From Octopus vulgaris (lineage: Eukaryota), in contig OX597815.1 in assembly GCA_951406725.2 (NCBI GenBank), forward strand, positions 64,852,001 through 64,916,000: a stretch of DNA of 64,000 nt, written 5' to 3'. The first letter of the stretch is position 1; each line of letters begins with the position of its first letter. Positions 1 to 12,499 of this stretch are shown piece by piece. A program made the position numbers and the translations under genes. The notes below the pieces were generated by a model that made no database searches, was not told where the DNA came from, and worked only from the letters and a program-made list of their open reading frames with translations.

Positions 1-203
1 ACTCCCAGATTCTCCCACCCCCTTTCCTCACCAGCCTTCCCTCTACTACCCTACCAAGAACTCACAACTACCTCGAACACACAAGTGCAAACAAGGGAGT
101 CAGAGAAAGGCAGAATGCCACTTAAATCTGAACACTACTATAGAAATATTGTTTTAAAAAAACTTTTCTTCTAATTTTTCTAAATTTAATTATTTAATCG
201 TTA

Positions 204-241
204 CAGTTGAAAAGGTCTCAAAATGACCGAAACCGGTACTG
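204..241 (+). ncRNA. Minimal type I hammerhead ribozyme motif, U3-A8 core variant
   Basis: CAG-TTGAAAA-GGTC(tcaaaat)GACC-GAA-ACCGGT-A-CTG: stem I, compensated core, stem II, palindromic stem III, GUA cleavage site. Confidence 0.65.
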
Positions 242-328
242 AAATGTTCACTATAAAATTATTTTAGCATTTTCTATTTTTTACTTGTTTTTTCATATAT
301 ATCAACTCGTGTGTTCCTTTTCACCCTT

Positions 329-376
<48 letters not shown>

Positions 377-612
377 ATATTATTATTAATGATAATAGTA
401 GGGAATATAATTCCATACTTACAGGGGAAAATTCAATTTAGCAATTCTAAATCAAATTTCGCAATATATAATATATGTATATAATTAAGACAAATAACCT
501 CTATTAGGTAATTCAATGGTGAAAGAACATTATCTATATCGTATAGAAAAAATTTAAATATACTATAATAAATATTATTCAAAAAATCACTAAATTAAAT
601 AAACATTGAATT

Positions 613-710
613 GACTACGCGCGTTTCGTGGCTATATCTTTAAATCGATAATATTAAAATCGATACTATTAAAATTAATTCGATTTAAAAATATAGCCAC
701 TCTTCAGGTC
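613..710 (-). ncRNA. Type I hammerhead ribozyme motif with a long stem II (Penelope-type)
   Basis: GAC-CTGAAGA-GTGGCTATAT...ATATAGCCAC-GAA-ACGCGCGT-A-GTC: canonical core, about 20-bp stem II, palindromic stem III. Confidence 0.75.
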
Positions 711-949
711 TAAAATAATAATAAAATTAATGTATGTATCTTAAAATGTGATAATTAACAAATAATTAAATATAGAAATATAGAAATATACGTATCTTAA
801 CAATAAATAATGGAATATTTGAATATAACAATATTAATGAAAAATAAAATCATAACTTCTCTTATTGAAGAATTCCAGTTAACTGAAATTTTAAACGTTA
901 ACTTATATATATATGATGGGAATTCATGCTGTTTTATGTTTGCTTCCCG

Positions 950-2130
950 GTTAAGGGAAGGTGGCGGAGCAATTTTCACGATAGACTCGGGCGACGACTG
1001 AATTCATCCCACACGTGACAACAGCCGTTCGGCATAAGGCCACAAGTCCGAAATGGTTGGACACTACACGAGTGCGTGCAGAATGGTTTCGCCGCACTGA
1101 CCGAATCTCGGGCAAGTCGGTCCGCTGTGTCTCGAACCGTGCCTATAGAGCTTATCCCGAACGGGCAATGCTTCTCGGTAACGCTGCCAAGTCAAGGATC
1201 TCTGGTGATTTTCCATAGATCCCCGCCCGAAAGTTGTCCTGAACAGGTGGGTCCAGTATTCCCCGTCGACGCCCAGATTCTCCCCAAGAATGTCATCGCA
1301 CCTACCCTCCACTAATCCTCTATAGAAAGCCTTCGTGGAATTGAAATCGCACAAGTTTGATCCCGGACGGCAGAGTTGCTTGAAAGCAAGGCGGGACTCG
1401 CGATGCCATTCGCCTAGCCTCGGTCTCTGTTTGATCCACGACTGCAGTTCCGCTAAAGAGACGAGCTACGGGAAAGCATGCCTCACAAACGGTGACTACA
1501 CCTGTTCACCGTCGTCTATGAAGCGCCGGAGATGTCACAGTCTCAGCGCACGTCTGCACATCATCAACCACAGCATACCCAGCCCTCCATTTAGCTGGTG
1601 TTGATAGAAAATGGATCGCCTGACCATCGGAACGCTTCTCTGCAACATAAAGTGGAAGAGTATGCGTTCCAGTTGGTGATGGTAGGGTCGGGATAAGGCA
1701 CGACGGATGCGAGGTACGCGTTCGCCACCTCCACTCGACCTTTTAGGGATAGCTTCCTCTCGGCCCATTCCTGAGTGAGAGTGGCCGCCCTAACCGTTAT
1801 CTTATCCCAGTTCTTCTCCATTTGGAGGTCCAGACCGGACCAGACTCCGAGCAATTTAACCGGTCCGACGATACAGCGTCCCACGATGGAGACGCTTTTG
1901 GACGGCATGGGCTTACTTCTCCAGGTGCCGAGCCGCAAGCCCACTGACTTTTCTCTGTTAATTTCCGCTCCCGTTACCGCTTCGTATTCTTTTAGTGTCT
2001 CGCCGACCAGGTCGATATCCCTGTGGCTCGACACTAACATGGTGACGTCATCCGCGTATGTGGACACGTTCCCCTCAGCGTCGCCAGCTTCCACAGTAGT
2101 GGCTCTCGAGTCAATACTTATAGAATTGAT
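950..2130 (-). mobile_element. Tx1/L1-clade LINE, 5'-truncated and degraded (RT end + zf-RVT)
   Basis: YADDVT RT motif, REKSVGLRLG, EALPVRDKLYRHG, and a CPR...ETILHALV zinc-finger region, spread across frameshifted ORFs. Confidence 0.85.
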
Positions 2131-2224
2131 GAGAGGAGGCATCCTTGACGGACCGAACGCGTGATGTTAAATGATCAGGACAGGTGACTATTTACGCGAA
2201 CTACCGAGCGGATGCCGCTGTATA

Positions 2225-3640
2225 ATGCAGTCATCATCATCATTGTTCGACCGTGGTCGAGACAATGGAATTTACCATGCTACGCCAGACTTCACGGTCC
2301 ATCATGGCATTCCGGAGGTCCTGTTGCTGGTTGCCTGTATCCCTGGAGATTACATCAGGGTAGGAGAGTGTGCGCCCTCTGGTATTGCGAGTAGATGGCT
2401 TCCAGAGGAGAAGAGTAGAAATTACTTCTTTTTCAGCTCTACAACAATGTCCAGCATACTGGACTCTCCTACCTTTCACAAGAGATGACACAGGTGGTAG
2501 TTTCCCATATATTTGCATTTTGGTTGGATGGCGCTTCCACGAGAGATTTTGAGCTCTCATAAGGAGGCGAGTGTAGGTTCCATCCAACCGCCTCTCAAAC
2601 TTCTTTGATAACGTTCAGGTTTCTGAGCCATATAGTAGAATTGGTTCGAATGTGGCTTTGAATATTTCAAGTTTGAAGTCTCTACTTAGATTTGATGACC
2701 AGGTCTTATGCATGTCATTACAGGCTGACCAGGCCATACCATTTCTAGTTAGAAAGTCTTTTCCAGATGATGATATGTATGACCCAAGATATTTGTAATC
2801 AGAAACCATATTTAAGGACGCATTGTTGAGAGTTTGGATGATGCAATCACTGTTGGACAGGCACTTGTTTATGTATTCAGTTTTGGCCTCATTGAGGTAA
2901 AGACCTACACAATTTGAGGCTTGTTCAAGAGATTGTAAAAGAGACTAGGCATTGGAGAGAGAATCACTGATAAGAGCGATGTCGTCAGCAAAGTCAGTGT
3001 ATGTCATGTACTCAGCTGGGTGTCTGGAACTTCTTCTTGGTTTTATTTCAAAGCCCTTGCCAGGGATGGTATCAACTGATATACGTAGCACATAATCAAC
3101 AACAATGATGAAAAGAAATGGGGCGAGTGTGTCTCGCTGCAGTATTCCGGCTTTGATTGAGAAAGATGATGTTTCTCCGTCAGGGGTTAAGATGGTTGAA
3201 GACGTGTCTGTGTAGAGGTCCTTGATGGCAGAAATGATTTTGTCTGGTATCCCATAGAGCTTAAGAATTTCAAACATCTTGTACCTATCTACAGATAGAA
3301 CGCTTTAGAAAAGTCTACAAATACCATTGCAAGATCGCGATTAAATGCTTTTGATTCTTCATTAAGTCTGCGTAGGCATAGTATCTGGCTCAGCGTTGAG
3401 CGCCCATGTCTGAATCCATTTTGGTTCTTTCGGAGCAGAGGTTCAACAAAAAGGACAAGACGATTTAGGATCAGTTTGTTGTACAGTTTTGCAACAATTG
3501 ACATTAGAGATATACCCCTATAGTTGGTGACGAGGGATAAATCGCCTTTTTTGGGTATTGGGATGATTTGAGATTGGTGCCAAATCTTTGGAGCGACAAA
3601 GGTGGAAAGTGTGTGGTTGCTGTGCTTCAACCGTAGAAGA
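2225..3640 (-). mobile_element. RTE-clade LINE, 5'-truncated
   Basis: IIPIPKKGDL..NYRGISL, FVDFSKAF, GILQRDTLAPFLF, FADDIAL, YKYLGS, LLYGSET, DREVWR; (TGA)n tail at 2231. Confidence 0.9.
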
Positions 3641-3899
3641 CACATTCAAAGACTATTACAGTTTAGAAAACTTGGTTTTCATTATACGTAGGGCATCTGA
3701 TGGATTGTAGGCAAACCACCTGTTGTTTTTTGTGTTGTGAAATTGGTCCTAACAGCAGATGAAAAATCGTCCATACATTTTCGAAGACCTCCACGTCTAC
3801 ACCTCACAAATCTCTGAGGCTGTCTGGCAGAATGCTAAATAGTTGTGGACGCTTGAAACCCAAATTATTAGAGTACTAGGCACTTATTCACGATAGAGA

Positions 3900-4380
3900 A
3901 TTTAGGATTTTTTAACCTTAGCTGGAGAGGCTTGCTCCCGGAAAGCCATATGTGTGGCAGCATGATTCAGCTCCTTGCCATGCCTTTCTGATACTATGCA
4001 GTGCCATCCAATTCGGTAGTTGGTGTAGCTTTCAATTCCAAAGCATCCAAGATCTTCCATAAATATGGTAGTGCATATTTTTCGCGCCTTCTCTCTTGCG
4101 AGTGCAGCTTCAGTTGCTTTAGCTCCTCCATTCTTGGAGCTCTTCTTTTGCACCAAGTCAATCTTTGTGTTGTAGCATTGGATTGGCTTAAGTTCCGCCA
4201 CAAGTTTGGCGCTCCGCGGTGAACAGAGTTGAGAGTAGTAGTCAAGATGACTGAGAACGGAAGTTCTACATAGAAATAGTGTGACATCCTTGACATCCTT
4301 CCTTCTGATTCTGAATGATCTCAGAAACCAGCCAACTACTCGCCTATACAGCGTTACCATCTTGGTAATATGCACATGGA
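3900..4380 (-). mobile_element. CR1/Jockey-like LINE 3' fragment
   Basis: LSHLDYYSQL and LKLHSQERRREKY post-RT motifs. Confidence 0.65.
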
Positions 4381-4400
4381 ATATTGTATCATTACAACTT

Positions 4401-4446
<46 letters not shown>

Positions 4447-4457
4447 CACACACATAC

Positions 4458-4505
<48 letters not shown>

Positions 4506-4686
4506 ATAGAAATGGTAAGACAGCAAAAGAATGAAAGATACCTCGATATTATGTAAATTGAGGAATTTATTTGTAAATATATGTGACAATTATTCGGTAG
4601 CCATGATAAAACTCGAGTTTCGGATGTCGGGACGGAAACCCACGCCAACATCACTTCAGTTATCGGGCCATCAAAAAAAATGCTAT

Positions 4687-4765
<79 letters not shown>

Positions 4766-4799
4766 TATATCTTTGTATCATATGGTAACTAGCTCCTAC

Positions 4800-5320
4800 A
4801 GCTAGCCTGGACACAAAAATGTATGTCTGACGTCATGCTTCAAGTACAAAGACAAACTTTCAGTAACCAGTATACCTAATGAGAACTTTGAGCAAGTGTT
4901 ATGATTGCTCTTGTTAGAAGTTCTGATGAGAATGTTCCACCAATATCCCCTGTATTGATGTTTGTGTTTGTATTCAATAACAAAGGATTGTTCATATTTA
5001 TCTCAGGGTAATTTCTTTTCTCTTTTTTTTTTTTGTTGGATTGTGTTGTATATTGCTTTGGCTACATCATGTCAGATTGGAAGATAGACCCTTGGTGACA
5101 TCTTTGGACAGCTGTTGAGGATATATGCGATGCTTTCTACAGAATTATGATATAATCAACATATTCAGTTTCATCTTGAGGCTTTAAGGACTTCAATGTC
5201 TCTTATGTTAATTAGGTATTTTGTAGCAATCTCTAGTTCTTGGATTGCAGATGCAAAACCTTCAAAGCGTGAAGTGATGCAACGACCACGAGTCGAGTGC
5301 AAGCTGGGCTGCATATCATT
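4800..5320 (-). mobile_element. R4/Dong-like (RLE) LINE fragment, CATA-associated family
   Basis: Reverse complement gives ESIAYILNSCPKMSPRVYLPI*HDVA, homologous to the 51.6 kb copy. (CATA)n lies next to its 5' side. Confidence 0.6.
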
Positions 5321-6481
5321 TATGTCTGTATGCATGCATCTTTGTATGTATGTATGTATGTATGTATGTATGTATGTATGTACTCAATGAGGCTCATAAA
5401 TCATTGAGTCGGTTACGTACCACAGCTAGTCTTCAAGTGGTGTAAAGCGGACTAAGTTACCATAGTAGAGTCCATTCCAGACTACATCCACAGGTGTTGA
5501 AACAAACATTGTAATTTAACATAATCATCATCAGTTTAACAGGATACCTAATGCTTATAATACTGAGTTCTTTGTATCATATGGTAACTAGCCCTACTCA
5601 TAGTTAGATCGAATGACCCATTTAAGAGTGAAATGTTTGGACTGCAGCAAAATCGACCACATATCGACCTAGTTTTTCTTATCATTGATTAAAATATTCA
5701 TTGCTGAAGAAGTCCAACAAGACATTAAAATGTTGTTTTTTTTAATTTTTTAATAATTATCTTTCATGTCATATTGTATTCTCCATATTTTCATAAAATT
5801 TCAGTTATTTGAACTTAGTGAGGTTATCAACCCTGGATATTATCTTTAAACACCTCTTGAATAACTTTGTGATTATTATTTGCATGAATTATCTCACTTA
5901 ATAACACCATCTTTTATTTTAAGCACAGTATATATTTTATAGAGTATTGTAGCTCTAAAGAGATTATAATAGAAAATTTGAATTGATAAAATTAGTATTA
6001 AAAATCTAAAATTGAAATTCTTTTAAGAATTGAAATCATAAAACAAAAAAATTAGTCTGAAGTTTTTACATGGATTTTCAGTTCGAATTTTAGATTTTGT
6101 TGAATTTTTATTCAAATTCAAATTTCAATTTTCAATTCTTAAAATGTTTTCTATATGACACACTACCTACATTTATGTCTCTGATTCTAAATACTTCAAT
6201 TTGGATGGAAATGAGAAAAAACTGATTATTTATAAAATGGAATTCAGATTTGGACTTATTTTCTTTGTTTATTTCTTTTAGTGTTATGTATACGAACATA
6301 CTGATATCAATGACGTATCTATTCTGAATTGATACGCTCTGATAGGTTTATATGTGAATATATGATGGCTGTTGAACATATTAAGAATAAATATTTACAT
6401 TAGTATTTAAGTTCTTGCCTTTCTACACGCATCCCATGAATTTTTATCTGATTGGCAGAAATCAGCACGTCTACTGTCAAA

Positions 6482-7318
6482 TACAAGATTCTTTCCAGAA
6501 GTATTTGAGATATCTTTAGAAGAGACATTTATTAATTTCAAAGAAGTACAAAATTCTAATCTCCTTCAAAGTAGGATCCGTGTCTCCAGTGCACTTATTG
6601 AAGCTTTCCAACCATTTAATGAAGGCCCCATGGAAGTCCTCCATAATGAAGGTTTCCAGAACCTTTGTCACAGCATCCTTTTTCTTCAACTTGGGGAACA
6701 AGCAAAAGTCAGGGAGCATTGACTGAACTGTAAGGATGATGGGGAACAGTTTTAGTACCCATCTCTCACAAGTAGTTGAATACCAGGATGTGTTTGTGGA
6801 TTGATGCATTGTCCTGGTACAGGAGCTCTGGCCTTTTACAACAAAATTTCCTCCTGAACTCCTCCAAAACCGCCACAAAATACTCTTTGTTGACCAGAGG
6901 AAACTCAGTGGATGTTGATGATGTCCTTCTTGTGAAAAAAGGTGATCATCATGAGCATTCTGGTGGACTTGCTTTGCCTGGTCTCTTGTGCCAACAAAAA
7001 TCAGAAACCATATGAAAACTGGAGCATTTCATAAGTTTCTGTAGCGTTTTTACATCGTTTAGCACACAACTTTATTCCTTAGCGAGCTCGTAACAGTCTT
7101 CACGTCTGCCTTTCGCAAACTAGTCAGCTGTTATAAGCAATGTTTAGTAGGATATGTTCAAAGTGCTGTTACGGCTGTCTCCTTCAAAATAGATTAACAA
7201 AACTTGGTAGCTCAGTTTATTAGATGTATAGTGATGAAATACTAAAATTACAATAACCTAGGCTATTCATAGCTGCCTCTCCTAAAAGAAACTCAAAACT
7301 TCTGGAATTCACCTCCTA
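6482..7318 (-). mobile_element. Mariner remnant with internal deletion
   Basis: HQDNA-like and DFCLFPKLK transposase motifs; imperfect terminal inverted repeats (ctcaaa.acttctggaa). Confidence 0.7.
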
Positions 7319-7566
7319 AGTCAATGTCAAATAAATGACAGCAGTGCAAAATATCAAATACCCGAATTACATGCGTCTTTTAGAGATTCTAAATTTCTTT
7401 ATTTTTACACCTTGCCACTCAATTTACTCACTGCATTTCATACTAATGTCAATGCTTTCAGCCTCAATTTTTTCCCTATTTTCTATAAGAATGCTTTTGT
7501 AGTATATGTTGCAGGTGTTGTTATTTCAGTAGTATAACGATCAAATAATTTAAATCTATATTTCAG

Positions 7567-7706
7567 ACGATTCGCGTCAATGTGAACAGGCAACATGTGA
7601 ATGTGACAGAAAGGCAACCATGTGTTTCAAAGAACACCTTGACGAATACGACCAGGGACACCAGTCATTTGTTGGGAAGCTGTTACACAAATTCGCTTCT
7701 GGATGA
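7567..7706 (+). CDS. Terminal exon of a convergent sPLA2 paralog (upstream exons not found in the window)
   Basis: tatttcag acceptor, phase 1. Encodes xDSRQCEQATCECDRKATMCFKEHLDEYDQGHQSFVGKLLHKFASG*, with the same Cys spacing and Asp99 as exons 4a/4b. Confidence 0.88.
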
Positions 7707-7945
7707 TTTCTTATCACATTCGTTGTTTTCTCATGTATGTATGTATGTATGTATGTATGTATGTATGTATGTACGCATGTACGTACATGCACGCGCACAT
7801 ACACACACACTCACACACACGCACATATATATATATATATATGTCATACCACATACACATTTTACATGCTTGTGATCGGACATCCTAATGTCGGCAAGTA
7901 AGCCAAATCTTCGAAGTCACTACCAACTTTTTCCTTGTAAAAGTT

Positions 7946-7951
7946 AATAAA
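7946..7951 (+). terminator. Candidate poly(A) signal of the plus-strand sPLA2
   Basis: First AATAAA downstream of the stop at 7706. Confidence 0.4.
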
Positions 7952-8055
7952 AATTGCACTCTGTGGAAAAGTATTTGATGTGTAACTGTTTTATATATAC
8001 ATAATTACATATACAAAATCGCATATATGTATATATAGATACATGCATATAGATC

Positions 8056-8109
<54 letters not shown>

Positions 8110-8305
8110 CGCATATACATATACATGCATATATATACAGACGTGTATGTATATTCTTACCGTCTATCTTTTACTTGTTTCAGTCTGGCACTTATGCTAT
8201 CGGTCACTTTTACCGAGCCACTATGTTATGGGGACGTAAACAAAGCAACAACGTTTGTCAAGCAGTGTGGAGGGTAAAAAAACAGACACAAAAACATCCA
8301 TTCAA

Positions 8306-8351
<46 letters not shown>

Positions 8352-8498
8352 CAGACCTAAGTACCCAAAATATATCCAAAATAGAAAAATCTTCGGCACA
8401 TCTCGAGACACGTGTGATTTGAACTAGAGACTTTCACAGGACTTAGTGCTTGCTTTTCCCATGGGTATGAGTAAGTATTTCACTTATATCTCGCGTAT

Positions 8499-8559
8499 TT
8501 GCCGCTGAAGAGGGGAAATTTTCTTATGAATTAACCCCGAAATTGGACCAATACGGTAA
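8499..8559 (+). ncRNA. Type I hammerhead ribozyme motif with intact core
   Basis: TTGCCG-CTGAAGA-GGGG...CCCC-GAA-ATTGGACCAAT-A-CGGTAA: 6-bp stem I with one G-U pair, AUA cleavage site. Lies in a ~420-bp element between (TA)n arrays. Confidence 0.75.
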
Positions 8560-8777
8560 TAACGAATTTTTTAGAAATTTCTATCGATTTGTATCGAGAC
8601 GCATAAATTATAATGGTTATTGACAATTCTTGTCTTTTTTTCGGCATATTTGGCATTAGAATTTTTCTTTTGCCCTTATCTTGTAAATTATTTATAAATT
8701 TAACCTTTAAAGGTATTTTTTTGATATGCTGGCCATTGATAAAAAATTTTTCCCGAAAAAGATTTTATCCTACATTA

Positions 8778-8820
<43 letters not shown>

Positions 8821-8835
8821 GAGGGGTGAGTGCGG

Positions 8836-8895
<60 letters not shown>

Positions 8896-8949
8896 CATGT
8901 ATATATCTTTGTGTAGGTGTTTTTCTGTATGTTTTTGTCGTTCCCCTCT

Positions 8950-9316
8950 GCTTGACAACTGGAATTGAAATTTTTACCATTAAGACTATTCTGCAGAGAC
9001 CTGCATAAGTGGAAATCCGAAGGGGCAATATCTGGTGAATATGGAAGGTGGGGTAACACATCCCAGCCGAGTTGCAGCAATTTTTGTCTGGTTCCCAAAG
9101 CATCAAGTGCCGAAAAGGAACTTTCTTATATTCCATTTTAAAGGGTTACAGAATTAACACAGGTTATAGGAACATAAACCTTCTTCCACGAAGATAGCTT
9201 AAACTGTGCTCTAAATGGAAGTGTACCCAAATCCTATTTTATGGACTCAACCATGTTCTAAAATAAGTCGAAAGGTAAGCTACCATAAATCAGCACGCAC
9301 TTCCCGGACAACCCAA
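8950..9316 (-). mobile_element. Mariner remnant
   Basis: [22 protein letters not shown] motif; TIR-like ttgggttgtccgggaag next to a TA array. Confidence 0.85.
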
Positions 9317-9329
9317 TATATATATACAT

Positions 9330-9459
<130 letters not shown>

Positions 9460-9762
9460 GACAAGCTTCTTTCAGTTTCCGTTTACCAAATCCACTCACA
9501 AGGCTTTGAGTGGACCGAAGCTATAGATGACACTTGCCCAAGGTGCCACGCAGTGGGACTGAACTCAGAATCATGTGGTTGGTAAGCAAGCTACCTACTA
9601 CAGAGCCACTCCTATGCAATATTATTACCAGTTCAAATATGCTTGAAGCACATTCGAACCAGTAAGCAGGCCATTCACTATATTTTGTTATCGAGAAAAT
9701 TTCTCGCCGTAGACAAACGGTGTCAATACACCTAAATCAGCTCATAACACTACATAACCAGA

Positions 9763-9810
9763 CTGTGAGATGCTAGCATTTCGGAGTGGTTATCTCTTCT
9801 TCAGTCACAG
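9763..9810 (-). ncRNA. Type I hammerhead ribozyme motif inside a retrozyme-like unit
   Basis: CTGTGA-CTGAAGA-AGAG(ataacca)CTCC-GAA-ATGCTAGCAT-C-TCACAG: 6-bp stem I, palindromic stem III, one A-C mismatch at the base of stem II. Confidence 0.7.
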
Positions 9811-10877
9811 AAACCGAACAGGATGCGCTGCGAGCTGGCAAGAGAGATTGTCTCCCTTATGCTATTCCAGTCATCGTACGATGACTGGTAGCGCCAATAG
9901 ATGGCTCATCGTAAACAAATTACGGAGTGGGAGCGCTAATCACTGATATGTATAAATGCAATATTATTTCCAGTTCAAATATGCTTGTTGCACTTTCGAA
10001 CCCGTAAGCAAGCCATTCACTGTGTTTTGTCATGGAGAAAATTTCTCATTTTAGACAAATGGTATGAATACACCTATATCAGCTTGCAGCGCCTCTTACC
10101 CTGTCCAAAGAAACGAAACGAAAAAAAAAAAGACACACAACACATTAATAGGAATTACATATATTATTTAAAACAGTTTGATTCGGTTCCATGAGAACTA
10201 GGTCATTCAGACTCAGTTAGGTGAATAAGAGAGAAAGGAAGTCCAAAATGCCTATTGGAAACTGGGCTACTATTGGTTAAGGTAGGTTAAATGGTGTTGT
10301 TAGAAGTGACATCGGCATGTCACTGACACCAGATGCATTAAAAAGGATAATTTCTTGGTCTGCGTGGCTGGACAGGAAGCCGGTGATGTCTTGGTGTTTA
10401 GCCAGCCTCTGTAAGGACTTGGTGGCCGGCGAGGCTCCGTGTGTGTGTGTGTATGTACTGGATGTCTGAATGCGTTGATGTGCGTATCTGATATTTATAC
10501 GTGTGCGTGAGCTTTGCGTGTGCATACATATAGGTGCGGGTGCGTATCAGCCGTCTGTGAGTAAAAGCGTGTGCAAATATGTAGGTATATGTATCCGTTG
10601 TATCAGCTGCGTGTGCTATTGGTTGTAAGAGAGTGTCTGCGTGTATGTCCTTGTGGGTGTGTATGTATGAGTTCGAATACGTGTATGTTAGTGCCTGCTG
10701 TATATGCTTGCATGTGCGAACGTGTTTAGGATACATATATGGGTGTGTATGCATATGGATGATTGGTAGACGTATGTACATTCTTGATATGGGATGCGAA
10801 TGTATTAATGTGCGCGTGTTTGTCTGGAAGAATGTGTATTTTGATCTGGTGTATGCATGTGTGTTTGTGTATATATA

Positions 10878-10928
<51 letters not shown>

Positions 10929-11149
10929 AAATATAATTATCACACGATTTCAGTAGATTGAAGTATAAAGTCTAGGGATGTAATAAATAAAGTAACAATG
11001 ATTTATAAAATAATTCTTAATTATATAATAAAGTAAAGTGAGGAACAAAAATATGAATTAAGGGAGAAATAAGAACCTATAAAATAAATAAAAATATGAT
11101 GATAAGGTAAATATACTAATTAAATTATGAGAACTTGTGTGATGTCAAA

Positions 11150-11760
11150 CTACATATCAGTGAAAATCCGAGGTAGTTAACTTATGCATTTGGATTTGTG
11201 GTAAAATTTAAATGTTTTGAAAATTTTATGAACACACGAAGAGAAAGCCCCGTGCTACTTTTTTTAGTAATTGTGTGGGATTATGTGACAGGATTTACAT
11301 AGATTCCCTCGAACATAACCAACACGGTGTGTTTTGGCCTAGGAACGGAGGACCTGAATCAAGGATAAACTAAGCTATACTATGTGGTATTTTCTTTTTC
11401 CTAAGGTAGTATATATGTTCCGCTTTTCTACTATGCTTTTCGTGTTTAAACGAATTTAAATGAACAGAGTATCTATGCTTAAAATTAACAGCGGCTCCAA
11501 TATAAACCTTGGTGGAGGTTTTTGAGGCTGTTGATGATAGAACATTTATATACTATATAAACGCTTTTGCAGTGACCTTGCAACGGGCAGTTATCCTGTA
11601 TTTTGAGGTTACAATTGGGTCTATTTGGTTAAGGGGTCTTTCCGTTAAATATATTAGAGTTAGCGTAACTGTAAGATCCATGATGGATCAAACTGGTTCC
11701 TTCTGGCCTACTCTCCACCTATGTGTTATTTTCCATGTAGTCTGTACCGTTGTTGTAGTA
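11150..11760 (-). mobile_element. Penelope-like element, GIY-YIG endonuclease remnant
   Basis: Reverse complement reads NCPLQGHCKSVYIVYKC...KVYIGAAVNFKHRYSVHLNSFKH, the PLE GIY-YIG pattern, frameshifted. Confidence 0.75.
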
Positions 11761-11918
11761 CTGGTGATGGGGAGCATAGACGTTCTTGTCTTATGAGAGA
11801 GAGAGAGAGAGAGAGAGAGTAAATGCAGCGTTATTGTCGTTATTGTCGCAGTTAGTGGCGCGAACCCTATTATTGTAACTAATGCTACATATGTTCTTGC
11901 TAGTAGTAGTAGTAGTAG

Positions 11919-11978
<60 letters not shown>

Positions 11979-12109
11979 ATTTCCACCACAACTATTTGCA
12001 TTACCAGCAGCACCAGTGCCAGTAATATTTCTGCTGTCATTGATATTTTGATTGTTATTAATATTTCCATTATTGTTATTATTGATTTTATAGTTATATT
12101 GAAAGTGCA

Positions 12110-12450
12110 TGGCTCAGTGGTTACAGCGCCGGACTCACAATCATGACGTAACGAGTTCAATTCCCGGACCGGGCTGTGTATACTGTGTTATTGGGCAAGA
12201 CTCTTTCTTTCATGTGGCTTCAGTTCACTCAGCTGTAGAAATGAGTTGCAACGCCACAAGTGCCGAGCTGTATCTGCCTTCTTTGCCGTTACCTTGGATA
12301 ATATCACTGGCGTGGAGAGGAGAGGAGAGGCTGGTATGCATGGGTGACTGGTAGTATTCCATAAACAACCTTGCCTAGACTTGTGCCTCGGAAGAAAACT
12401 TTCTAGGTGCAACCCCATGGTCTTTCATAACCGAATGTGTCTTTACTATT
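12110..12450 (+). mobile_element. tRNA-derived SINE
   Basis: A box tggctcagtggtt and B box gagttcaattcc, followed by a non-tRNA body. Confidence 0.7.
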
Positions 12451-12499
12451 TACCCTATATTATTATAGCTACAGCTGTTATTATTATTATTATCATTAT

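Noticed and set aside
12110-12175. tRNA-like A/B boxes (also about 32185-32225, 37000-37065, 57685-57750)
   Set aside because: SINE heads: no complete cloverleaf, and each is followed by a SINE body.
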